Source: Eremomyces bilateralis CBS 781.70 (lineage: Eukaryota). Taken from it: a DNA stretch of 55,798 bases. Where the stretch lies: assembly GCA_010015585.1 (NCBI GenBank), contig ML975184.1; one strand, given 5' to 3'. The notes under the pieces were generated by a model. It worked only from the letters and a program-made list of their open reading frames with translations. It did no database searches and was not told the origin of the DNA. Every line of letters begins with the position of its first letter. Within the stretch, counting starts at the first letter, position 1. The translations under genes were made by a program, and so were the position numbers. Below, one piece after another: positions 1-12,010 of this stretch.

Positions 1-2
1 TA

Positions 3-1424
3 CTGGGCAGAGATCATAGAACCGTCACGTCCGATCGAGATGCGTCGGCTGCGGGCGAAGAGGGGTCCTTTGATAACTTCCTCCAATCACTTCGGAGTGG
101 TCAAATCGCGTCCGCTCTCCGACAGAGTGCGAATGAAACGGATGGTGAAAGTGAGGGAAGCAATCCCGAACAACGCCCGCTGAACTTCTTTCGAATGTTC
201 CGCTTTGGGTCAGCTGGGCGCCAGGGCAACGATAACGCTGAAGGGAGCCCGGAAGGACGAATGATACCCATCATCATCGTTGGGATTCGGTCTATATCTG
301 GCGGAAATGACGAGCCGAACATAAATCCTTTTTTCGAAGCCCTATCTGCACATCCGCCCGCCCTACAAGCCCCGACCGACGATAGCTTCACCAGTCTACG
401 TCGTCAAACGCAGAACGGTCCTCGGGCACACAGTCATCGCCGAACGGCGTCCATGGGTGGCTTTAGGTCAACATCTGGCGCAACCGACTCGGATTCCCGT
501 GACACCTCATATGAGCGGACCCGTGAAGGCACCCACATCCCCTTATCTCCGATCCCGCCGCCGTCAACTCCAGCAAACGGAGTCCTCCCCGAGCTCACAC
601 CCAGGACCTCAATCAACAATCCACCGTCTCAACTCCCGTCGGCACCATCCGCGAGTACCTCGTCCACCAGTGATGATTCTCGAAACTTGTCGGTCAGCAG
701 CGACCACGGCATTGACGGCGACCGATTGGCGCCTCCCCCCTTCACCCGCCGACGACCCCGCGAACGCCCGCACAGCCAACCCGATTTCGGTCGATTCGGA
801 TCCGGGTCACCCCGGCGCAACGGTGTCATCGCGCCCGACAACCTCGACGAATCGCAATCTTCCCGAAGCTGGATCATCTACGTGTTGGGCGGTAGCTATC
901 CCGAGAACCATCCGATTCTGACCACCTCGAGCCTCTTCACCGACTCCCCTTCGTACGAGGACATGCTGCTTCTCACATCGTTGCTCGGCCCCGTCAAGCC
1001 TCCTGTTGCCAGCGCCGAAGACGTTGCCGCTGCTCCCGGCATCTTTCGCATCCAGGAGCGTCTTGGAACCCTGCACGCGATCGCGGTGGAAGGTAGCGAC
1101 ATGATCCCAATCAACGCGGGCCAGCGATGCTTGGTGTGTCTGTGTGATTTTGCCATCGACGAGGAGTGCAGGCGACTCGTTGAGTGCAGCCACTTCTTCC
1201 ACCGGGAGTGCATCGACCAGGTAAGTGTGATTTACGACTTCACGAACCGAATGAACGAATTAGTTTTGCTGACGATCTCTTCCCAGTGGCTCACGACCGG
1301 TCGGAACTCATGTCCGCTTTGCCGTGGGCGTGGAGTCGAAGAGACATCGCAGGCCGAGGAGGCTGGTCCGTCTCTAACCGGCGGCGGCGATGCGTCTGCC
1401 ACAGCGTCGGCTTCTGCTGCTTAA
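3..1424 (+). CDS. RING-H2 (C3H2C3) finger protein, probable E3 ubiquitin ligase; 5' end lies outside the window
   Basis: Frame is open from position 3. It contains WIIYVLGGSYPENHPIL...SYEDMLLLTSLLGPVKPP, then CLVCLCDF...CSHFFHRECIDQ|WLTTGRNSCPLCR. Intron 1221-1286 (GTAAGT..GCTGAC..CAG). Stop TAA 1422-1424. Confidence 0.9.
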   Translation: MGRDHRTVTSDRDASAAGEEGSFDNFLQSLRSGQIASALRQSANETDGESEGSNPEQRPLNFFRMFRFGSAGRQGNDNAEGSPEGRMIPIIIVGIRSISGGNDEPNINPFFEALSAHPPALQAPTDDSFTSLRRQTQNGPRAHSHRRTASMGGFRSTSGATDSDSRDTSYERTREGTHIPLSPIPPPSTPANGVLPELTPRTSINNPPSQLPSAPSASTSSTSDDSRNLSVSSDHGIDGDRLAPPPFTRRRPRERPHSQPDFGRFGSGSPRRNGVIAPDNLDESQSSRSWIIYVLGGSYPENHPILTTSSLFTDSPSYEDMLLLTSLLGPVKPPVASAEDVAAAPGIFRIQERLGTLHAIAVEGSDMIPINAGQRCLVCLCDFAIDEECRRLVECSHFFHRECIDQVSVIYDFTNRMNELVLLTISSQWLTTGRNSCPLCRGRGVEETSQAEEAGPSLTGGGDASATASASAA

Positions 1425-2904
1425 GCGGAGTCTTCGATGCGAAACGAACTGGAGGGATGAACTCTCCCCTTCGCTACGATCCCCTTATATGACTCAAAAG
1501 ACCTGATATTTGTTGCGCACCTAAAAGCTCAAATTACGATTTCCTCATGCTCCAGCTCTGGGTTGGCTTTTCACAACAACCTAACTCTCATGTCGAGAGA
1601 TTGGAGCGGCTTTATCCCCTAACGGCCAAGACATTGTTTCTGCAAGGCGTCAAACGGTGGAATCTCATGCGCCTTGCACCGATCTCGAATTGAGCAATCT
1701 TGCTCTCCCTGCCTCCTACTCATTCCTTTGAATTGATTCTCTGTTTAATTGCTCCGTGACGTTGTATTCACCGCGAGTCGTTTAATGAGAGCGAGGAACA
1801 TTGCGCCTCTGAATCTACGGACGACCGTTACGACTCTTATGTTTTGATTCCCCCTCGGCTGCTTCTTGATCATCATGACACTGGTCCGGATCGAGGGGGA
1901 ATGGAAGGCTGGCGTCGGTGTTTATTGTATTTGTTGCCATGTCTTTCGATTCAAGACACCTTTCATTGTTCTTATAAGTCTTCTCAAATTGTACCTGCTT
2001 CGCGGCACCTTCGTTGGGGTCATCGTTGGGTGGACTGCCTCACGGAGGGAACACTGTAGCCTCGAGAATCGGATTGGTGCGGACAGCACCCTAACCAGAC
2101 TGGAATCGGAGGGGCGGATATCTGTACTATGGTAGATACATGTACCGAGCCTTAGAGGAGCTCTTCCAAATTCCAATCCTGTCTCTATCTCAAACTCGAC
2201 CTCCACCTTCGCACGTGTTTCATATTGCTTAATCATGTGCTCACGTGGCATGTTCCATGTTCATGCTGTTTGTCTTCGTCGCAGCCCAGCCTGAGCTACA
2301 GCTGCAGGCGCAAGTAGGAATGGGACGTCTTTCTGCATGCCCTGCATGGCGACCAGCGTGGGGCATACAGACCGGCATCTGGACGACTATCTTTACTACC
2401 TATTTGTGCAGCCAGGCTATCACGTCTATCTAGCGCAAGTTCTAGAACCAGCAGCGACAGCGCATTGCATTTCTGTGCTGTGATAGACCCAGTATGATTG
2501 CAAGGCACACCATATCACTCTACATTACATGCTATGGAGTTCCAGGCCTTTGAGGACACGGGGAGACACTTCCGCAATTTGCGGCGGGCTACCACCACAC
2601 GGTTGAACGGCATACATATTATGGTATTTCTGCATCCAGGACGACTCATGTGCCGCTCTGCCAGCATGAGGCAACGCCCTGCCTGCACGGTAGCCTCGCC
2701 AGAACCGTCCGCTCGGGATTTGCTGTCCAACGTGCCACTAATCCAGCTACCCACGTAGTGGCACTAGTCGTGAAAGTCGGTCTAGCAAGGGTTTCCACCC
2801 CCAGCTTACGGATCATACCATCATGGATGCGTTGGACTCCTGCGCAAGTGGGCAATGGGCATTGCTGATTGCATGCTAGGAGCCCCTCAGTCTTCCGTGA
2901 TCGT

Positions 2905-2940
2905 GGACTCTAGCCCGCGGACTCTAGCCCGCGGACTAGC
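2905..2940. repeat. 14-bp tandem repeat (GGACTCTAGCCCGC), about 2.5 copies
   Basis: ggactctagcccgc-ggactctagcccgc-ggactagc read directly. Confidence 0.8.
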
Positions 2941-5826
2941 TTTACCCGTCTCGACTCTCGACCGTCTCGGACGCCGTCAGTGGGCAGAGAAAAGGGAAGG
3001 GTTAGGGGTACGTGATAACTCCCAGTCTGTCATTGGTTGAACGCGGAAAAGGTACGAGCAGGTTGGACAATCTGAATTCTGACAAGAATGACACGCGTGA
3101 TATGCAGTAATTAGGACCCGCTACAGGGAGAGGATTAAACTTTTTCTCCCGCATGTACTAGTATGTATATTTCCTCATTTGCTACCCCCATCACCCATGA
3201 GACATCAATCCCTCTACTGAAACTCCATTACTGTCGCAGTCTCGTAGGAGAATCGGCGACTTTGAGAGTCGGTTTCATGTGGAAATGATGTGTATCCACA
3301 CTCCCAGTCACCGATTTGCCTTCCATGTAGTTTCCTCGTTCTGGTATACGCCGTCATGCAACCATCCGCCCACGAAAGCCTGGCCGGTGAACACGGGAGA
3401 GTGACGACAACGCGATGCTGAACGGCCCGCAGATTGGCGTCGTGAAACGGTGGGCTAGACGTGTGGTTTACAAATGCTCTCGGAATCTTTGCTCGAGAAA
3501 GTCAAGGGGACCGTATTCCTTGGCAAGTTGACATCCTTGTTAGGTCTCCGGAGTGGCTTGACGACAATTACCTATTCCAGTCATTAGGGGCGGTCGAGAC
3601 CCCTCATTTTGATTTGTGGGTTGTGTCATTGTGCTAGGAATTGGAAATACTAGTTATTATTAATTACAAGATGACTAGTTAGTCCGAGCCTAAGTGGTGA
3701 TCTGGAAGGTCGTTCAAGTGCCTTAAGATGCTGGTATTGTAACTATGGGCGGAGGCGGCACATAGTCATGCCGATGATACCTTCAACCCCTTGTTGGACT
3801 ACCCTCCTGGTTTGGTTTATCAAAGAGTGAGCTGCAGAGCTGGGCCTTGGTAGACTGACCTCATGGCGCAGAAGATGGACATTGTGGTTAAATTACGAGT
3901 CCTCATTCTATATACAACCGCAGACATTCTTCCCTTTTGGAGCGAGTTGCAGTTCATTCTGACTATTGTGAATCAGTTCCGCTCGTAAATGCTGTATCTC
4001 CGATCTTGTCGAAGCCTGTGCGTGCCTTGGACTTGTCCCTTGACGCCCTTCAGTCTATTCTTAAACGGTGGGCCATTGGGCCTAACTTAACTGCTTAACA
4101 TTATTTCAATCGTACTCGCCCCATATATCAAATTCGATGGACTACAGAATATAAACCAATTATCAGGGTCATGCCGCCAGGGTAGAAAATGTACCTTGTA
4201 CTCCGTACAGAGTACGATATCCTGGCATTTGCTGAATCATTGCCGATTGTGGATGATGTCGATGCGGCGTCGGAAGTTCGGTCATCAGACCAACACTCAA
4301 TATGCTGACTCCCACAGATGCACACTTGCTGCAGTGAAACTTATGACTCTGTGGGGCGCAAATATGATGGCAAATGTTGACTTGAATTTTCAGAATCGCT
4401 CGACGATCAGGTGGACGGCTGGGCGTGGACTGTGGACTGTGGATGCTTAGCCCGCTCCCCATACGAAAGCTGGCCGTGTCCAATTTGATCGACGATTTGC
4501 TCCATGTCTCGGAGGTATTGCTATTTTTGGTATAGGAGATATCCCCAAATCCAACCTCAATGGCTCCTGCGGTGCTTGACTCTTGTGGCTCGTCGTTTCG
4601 CATTTGCTTCATTGGTTGAACGAGTGTAAGATCAACCGGATCAGGGACGTGGAGGTTCCGTCGCCATAAGGGTAGGAAGAACCCTGGCATTGAGGAAAGG
4701 ATTCCTTTGCTTGGATTCCGTCGCATCAACCCAAATCAGTTGCGGAGCCTCATGAGAGTGCGTTCCTGGATACTATTCTCAACTCTCAACCGTCTAGTGT
4801 ATAGGTGACGTCGCAAACACGATGCACTGTTGCGGGATTAGCCTCCGGTCAGGACATCCCACTTCGCAGTTTGCAGGAGAGGTTGAATCAATGGTCGTTT
4901 TTGAAGTTGTGCTCGGAAGAATGGCATGGTGTTTGAGTGCTGATTCGAGATGATATGTGACGGTAGATTTCTGAACCATTGATACTGGACAGCCATGCAA
5001 CATGAACACGCATGACAGGCTGCCCCTGTATCGTTCCCTGCACTTCAACCAGCATGGTGTTCCTTGGGGCTGCCGGCCCCTCCGTGCAACGGTGCAAGTA
5101 CTGGGGTCTGGGGGTCCATCGGTGTGAAAGTGAATGCAGGTGAGAAGATCCACAACTGTTGGTGTGTCAGTGCTTGGAGCAGTAGTGAGCTCTCATTTCT
5201 CATCTCTTGACTCTACTATGTACTACTACGTATGTACGGAATATCGATTGGAGATATGCTGCTCTCTGATGCCAACACAGAGATTGTCGTTCAGCGTGCG
5301 CCTCCGGATTGCGAGGACCTCTGTGCCAAAGAGGACGCCCAAGGCATAGCACTTGACGGTGATGCCATGGATCGTTGGAGAGGGGATGAAGGTTCTCGGT
5401 GTCGTATTAATAGAGCTCTGGTATAGGCAATCTCCCGTTCATTTCTAGTTTCCTCGTTTGGCGCCCACTAGCCCCCTGGAGTATGGGAGTCTGGAGACTG
5501 GTGTTGCAGTGACAGTTGCACTGTTGCTGCCATTGGTGCCAATATACGTAAACAACCTTCAGTGTAATCCGTCATTAGACTACGATAGAACACCATAAGG
5601 GATATCTGCGGAAAAGTGTGAGGATTTCAGCTTTTCGGCGAACATGAAAGTTCTAGTATTACACCTGGAGCCCAACTGATAGCCTAGGACTGGACGGTAC
5701 CAGGCGAACAGCAGTGCTCCCCCAGCTCGTCAAATTCGAATTATTCCGGGTATAGGCCAGATGCAATCTGCACGCAGTCATATAGGCTACATCACGACGA
5801 TTCCGAAATTGCTATGTTGTTGGCTT

Positions 5827-5891
5827 GTTGATAGCTGTTGATAGTTGACAGCTGTTGATAGTTGATCCTAATGATATGATCCTAATGATAG
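5827..5891. repeat. Short degenerate repeat array rich in TGATAG (GATA-like motifs)
   Basis: gttgatag x3 plus gatcctaatgata x2 within 65 bp. Confidence 0.7.
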
Positions 5892-7690
5892 AGACAGGGA
5901 AGAAGCTTGCAGACACCACGTGGCTCCAGGTGTGGCCTTGCCTGCTCAGGCAAATCATATCAAATCCTCCTGTATCAGAATTCCGAATTTACAGATACCT
6001 GGATGGATTCAATCTTCAATCAACCTTCCATCACCTTCCTGGGGCCGAAATCTCGAGATCGCCACCCTACATCCAGTCGTGAGTAACCTCCAGTCAAAGA
6101 TACGCTCCACTCCTGTGATATATCATGTACTATGTATGGACTGAGAGCAGGGCCTCTGAATGGGATACGTATACCATGCAATTTCAAGGTTCAGAGATGC
6201 TTAGTGCGATGTATACATTTACTTACATTCGCAACTTCCCGCACGGCTTGATCATCTGCCGGCAGTCAACAGGCCTTGCTCACTGTACGCAGTGAGCCAC
6301 TCCAATGGCAACCCACGCCACTGCTGATCCCTCTTGAATCTCGGGCGCAAGGTTGGACTCCCTAGAGAAGGATAATACCAAACCTTGAGCAAGTCAAAAA
6401 GTTCCCAAAGGCCACCAGGCGCGCGGCTGTGTTGCCTAACCTGGTACACGCTCTTGACACCTCTGTCTACCATACAGCCGGGCATATGTCTCATCACTTC
6501 ACCTGTTTCACCACGGATTAAGTCACACAACAATACGCAAAATTAGGACCATCGTACCATGCCTGCAGATGCAAATTTCGAGTATCCAAAGCCCGAAATT
6601 ATGGCCGAGACAGGTCGAGGCAGGTCGAGACACACGGAATCTCTGGGAACGAGATCATGGGGCGGATGACTGCAGATATTGCACTTCGACCAACCAGACT
6701 ATCATTGCATCTTACACATGTCCTCCATCAAGTCCCAACAACCGGGTGCCCATCTCGGCGCTTATCAAGTCGCGAACTCTTTGCTGCTTGAAGTCGATTG
6801 GACATGAGAATGCGATTCACGAGGAGCCGATTAATTGCCCATATCAGGATCCCAGTCGCTCAAGTTGACGATCTGCGTGGGAGCGTCGGCCAAAGCCGTG
6901 ATCGACAGCATTATTCCGTCATGCTACTTGGATATCGAGTATTCAGATGTTCCCGAATTTGGGATATCAGGATGCACTTCTCCCGTTCTCAACCACTTCA
7001 ATTGCCGGACTTGCGTTCGGTCGTTGAAGCGGAGCCTAGGGCAGGGAATATCAACTAGCCTTGCAAGAAAGAGGCAAGGATTCCACTCGCTCGTTCAAGA
7101 CGGGCCGCAGTACTCCGCACACTCCGCAGTCCGCACAGGACGGAAAAGACGCAGGCACGGCTCGCGATTGCGCAAGCCACCAGTACCCGGCATTTCTTGT
7201 CAAACTGACCTCGAATCCCTGAATAATAGCCTCTTCTTCCCCTTTGAAAGCCGTGCTGGCTATCACCGATCACAACATCATGTTCGGATTCTTACAGACA
7301 GGGCTATGGACCGGGATTTCGAGGTCTCGGAAGTTCGGCCAACAAGGGACCCTCCATTTTAACGCTACCAGTACGATAGGTCATAGGTACTCCGTATTAC
7401 CCTGCTGGATGTCATGGCGAGATCTGGAAGAAGCAAAGAAAGTTGACGGTTGCCAAGCACTAATGGCGCCTTTACAGTTTAATGTCTGCCTTTATGCCCT
7501 CAGAGACATTGACATACTATATATATTCGACGACGAGTCTGTTGTTTGGCCGTACCGTTATCATCTCCGATCATGGTTGATGAAGTCGATTGCGATGTCG
7601 GCGAAGTTTGTTTGATGGTTGTCGTCCGTTGCACATAATAAAATGTGCTCGTATCAGCCATCCAGTCTTGGGCGCTTGCGTGGAACTGGA

Positions 7691-7731
7691 ACCCACATTC
7701 CGGGGATGGGCACCCACATTCCGGGGATGGC
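7691..7731. repeat. 21-bp tandem duplication, each unit carrying CATTCC
   Basis: acccacattccggggatgggc / acccacattccggggatggc. Confidence 0.85.
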
Positions 7732-9661
7732 AACATCAAGGCTGCTGAAAATGGCTCTCGATTCTCAACGAAGACAAGAGTATACCCTCCAAAGGGACTC
7801 TAAAGGACTGACGCATGAAGGCATGTACCCTAGAACTGTTTTCTGCACCAGAAAACGCGACAGAGACAGTTATAATTGGCACACTTGAGTTCCAGACCGA
7901 CTGCCCTCCGCTAGCAGTTGCCTGAGAACAGATATCTCCTTAAACAGTCTCAGCTATCACCATGTATGCACGGTAACATGTGCTCTGTATGAGAACTTAC
8001 GAGGCAAACATCAGACATGGATAGGCGACCAAGGACTTGGAGAGGTGTGCAATCCTTGCAAGCTTCAAAAGACATGAACCCACCGTCCCGCACAATCGAC
8101 TGACCGAGTCCAAATCCTGCCAGTGGTTGACGCTCCTGATTCCTGAATCAGATCAATCACCAAATGATGGGGGCAATGAGCTTCGTCCCCACATCAGACT
8201 TAACCACCGACGGATGACTGGTGAGTTATAACTTGTGCAGCAACTAATCCCAAACATGTCAATTACAAGGTCTCTAATATGCAGGACTAAACTAGGAACT
8301 AATCCAAGCATCGTTGCATTCTGCAAAATTGCAATCCAGCAGGCAGCACCGCAATGACGGAGCGCCATTCCGTAAGTGGCCATGGGAAACACGAGGTTCC
8401 TGACTTGTGAGGAGGTGGACCGCTCAAAATGATGCGCTCATTGCCCACTCGGAGCCTGTCGGAGATAATGGAGAGCCTCCTATTCAGTTGCCCCGACAGA
8501 GTGGGCATATCATCACCCAATCCACTCGCAATCCTTACAAGTTACAACAAATGCTGCTGGCCTGTTGCTCATCACTCCAGTACGGCGGAACGCCCCTTGC
8601 CCATGCAAAAACGGACGCTAACCCAAGGGACTTTTCATCCAGGTAGTTCAGCCACACATTGTTCAGTTGATGGCATTCGTCGGCCTGTGCTTCCTGTCAT
8701 GCTGTATTCACTATTCAGTATTCCTAATTCCCTGCACTCAGGTGCTGGGAAGTGGGAAGGAGATCCAGGTCCCCCAGTGGGGTGGGGTCCCCAAATATCA
8801 TCCACCAAGCATAGGCGTTGCTGGCAGTCCATTTTCGGGGCAGTTGAACACAATTCATTATTCAGTTCCCGCCGATAAGGCACAAGATCCCAGCCATGAG
8901 CTTCTCCCGCGAACCCGCCCCAGACAGCGAACTGTGCTTGAAGCCGTCCGCATATCCGTGTAACGACCCAGACTCTCGGGAAGGCGCACTAGAAACGAGA
9001 AGTCACGGAGCACTGAAGTCTGAAGGTCAGTCAGACCAGAAATGAGAAAGCATGCTGATTGCTGAAGAATTAAGCACATCAATCGGACTTGCGCCAGGGA
9101 TTAAGCAGGCCATCAATCGATGCGGAAACGTACGGCTGCCATGCTCTTAGTCCAGGGTCAAAGTTGTGCAAGGGACTCAAGTACAGAAACTCCCCCGCTG
9201 GCTTCGGCTGGCAACTTTTGTTGAGTATTATCATTGTTGCTTTAATACTGTTGTGTATATTTAGACTGTGCTTCATAGCCAGTGAAGGCATGAGTTCCCT
9301 TTACCTTAGAGATCCGTCATCACATACCTCTCCTTTAAATCCCTTGGTTCCCTGTTCGTCGACCTTGTCGCGGATCAAACTCAACCAGCATCAGGTGCTC
9401 TTTCATATCTTCTCGGACATCGCTGTGACAACCATTTTACTTCCTCAACATCAAGTCTCCCTTCCTAATCGGGAATCTTATCTACTCGGCAATTATTAAT
9501 CATCCGTGCTCATCCCCGCCCCTTCGCTTCTCCCAGCTGTCGATCGTTCTTCACGGAAAGGTGTCTAATGGCATAGAGTAGAATTCTGTTCTATTGAGCC
9601 GACTCACTCACTGGCTGGTTTTTTTCTTCTATTTCGATCCTTCGTCCTGCTAAGCGAGAAC

Positions 9662-12010
9662 ATGGCTGGGCATTATCCATATCCCCATGGTGCTCCATCC
9701 TACCATATGAACAGTGGTCGGCCTGTCTACCAACAAGAAAGCTTCATTCCTGGCCTACAGCCATACCCAACCGTATCGTCCAGACATCGCAGCTATGTCG
9801 AGTTCGAAGATGGCGCGAGGGGGCTTTATGCTCCGCAAAACTCTGGCCGGAGTAGGAGAAGAGTCGGGGCTGGTGGGGAGCATGTCAAGCATCGCAGAAC
9901 CCGCAGCGGTTGTTTCACTTGTCGACATAGACGAGTAAAGGTAAGATCCCACTGATTCATTCCCGGAGCACTGTGCAGTATTGACAGTCTCCGAACAGTG
10001 CGATGAGATACACCCAGTATGCGACCGTAAGTAGAGACAGATTACTTCGCTGTAGTTTTGCAGCCACTGACTGCTCCCGGCACAGGATGCAGGAAAGGCA
10101 ACCGAGAGTGCAAATGGCCCGAAGCTAGTTCATCGTCCAAGTTCCGGCGAGGCTCCCGATCAAAGGTATCTTCCGAGAAGGAGAGCGGGTCGTCCGGCGA
10201 GGACGCGGAGCATGAGGAAGTGGACGTTGAAGGCCTTCCAACCATCAAAGACGAGGATGATGGTGCTGAAGAGTCTTCTCGGACCTTGGCCGACTCTGGT
10301 GATGTATGGGCGTTACCCGAAATCCTGCGGGATGGCTCCAACACACCGTCACTGACGCACGACAAGAGTCCTACGCCTTCGACCGAAGGCTCGACGATGG
10401 CCAGCTCAAAATCGCCGCTAAAACGAGCCAGCCTAAGCAGCAGTAGCATCAGTCTGTCAGAAAGATGGACGCAGTTACCGGAAGACATGCAGTTCTTTTT
10501 GGACTACCACCAGAAGAATATAAACTTCAACCATTACGCCTTCCTCTTCGACGCCACCTTTTTGAAAACGAAGTATTTAGAAATTGCGCTGCACCATCCG
10601 CCTTTAATGAACGCCGTGGCCGGATTCGCAGCCTATCACCATACTGTCAGCGAAGGAGAAGGCAGGGTAGAAGACTTTTTGTGTTACTACAACAGATCAG
10701 TTACTTTACTGAGACAGTCATTGGAGCAAAGCACGAGACACTCCAATGCAACGTTGCTGACCATCCTCCAGCTAGCTTCCACAGAGGTATGTTGATTGTC
10801 TTGTATCATTGCACGGAGCTGACGATGCTCGCTAATAGGAGTTCCTCGGCGACTGGGTCAACTTGATGGGACACCAAAGGGCAGCTTTTGAAATCATTAC
10901 AGAGCTGTACACGCCGGAAACTATCATGCAGACCGATACGTTGCGAGTTATCATCACCTGGTATATTCGCTTCGACCTTTTTGCAGGCCTCCTTTCTGGG
11001 AACGGGTCTTGTCTCAACACCGAATGGTTTGATGCCTATTACAACTACTACCTTCAACAAATGAGAGATCATCCCGGTGACCTGAAATGCTTGTTCGAGG
11101 AGAGATTTGCATTCCAAAAGCTCCTGGGAGCGCATATGGCCATTGCTTTTGCTCGGAAAAAGAACGGTACGATATCCGACAAGGAGTTCGATCGAATTAC
11201 CGATGACTTGAATGAAAAGATCAACAATTGGGATGCGAACCTCGACCCTTTCCTGACCGACAAGACGAAGATGATCAACGACTTTTCTGGGGCACCTCCG
11301 CGTGATCCGAGCGAGATCTTCGACCCCTACGAACCTGGCTACTTGCATAGTGGCGAGTTCTTCCCGATCAACTTCCTCCGCATAAGCATGTGGAGTGTAC
11401 AGCTCGTGTTCGCTCGGCACATCGCTGAAATCCACCAGAAACCTCTGCCCCCTGGGATTCATCAGATTGCCCTGGACACATGCAAAATGTTTTTAGCAAT
11501 GCAACGGTGTCCTCAGAGTCCCCCAGGCACGGTGCTAGGGATCCAGGCTAGCTTCGCCGTCGCAGTTGTAGTGATCCAAAGGGAGCCGTATGTTAGTTGG
11601 ATACTTAGGAAGATGGCAGAAGTCGAAGCGATGGGGTGAGTTGACTTGCATCTCGCATACTCTGTAATGGCTAACCGAAGCGTTTTAGGTACAGTTATCC
11701 TGTCATGCTTCGTTTCCAGCTAACTGAAAGCCTCGGGATTGATGTTCGTCACTGGTGGCTGCCGAACAACGAGGGCTTTCCTCCGATTATGCAAGCAGTT
11801 CGACAATTTGTCACCGAGCGGACAGCAACACCTCGATCGCCTGCTGCGGAGGACCTACATTCCTTGAAAGGTATCTTCAAATCACTGAGTCTACACGAGG
11901 ATGGCCAGCATAGTACCGGCGGTGCAGAGCCAAAGATTGCTGGAAACTCCACGCTCTACGGCGAAAGTCAACATTTCGCCCACGACTACGGTAGCCAGTA
12001 TTCTCGATGA
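9662..12010 (+). CDS. Zn(II)2Cys6 fungal transcription factor with a C-terminal fungal-specific TF domain
   Basis: Spliced cluster reads RTRSGCFTCRHRRVK|CDEIHPVCD|RCRKGNRECKW. Exons 9662-9940, 9999-10026, 10086-10786, 10839-11635, 11689-12010, with canonical introns. Also LLTILQLASTE|EFLGDWVNLMGHQ. Confidence 0.93.

Noticed and set aside
9591..9598. Single CTATTGAG upstream of the Zn2Cys6 gene
   Set aside because: One or two copies of an 8-mer are expected by chance in this window, and another lies inside a CDS at 26464.
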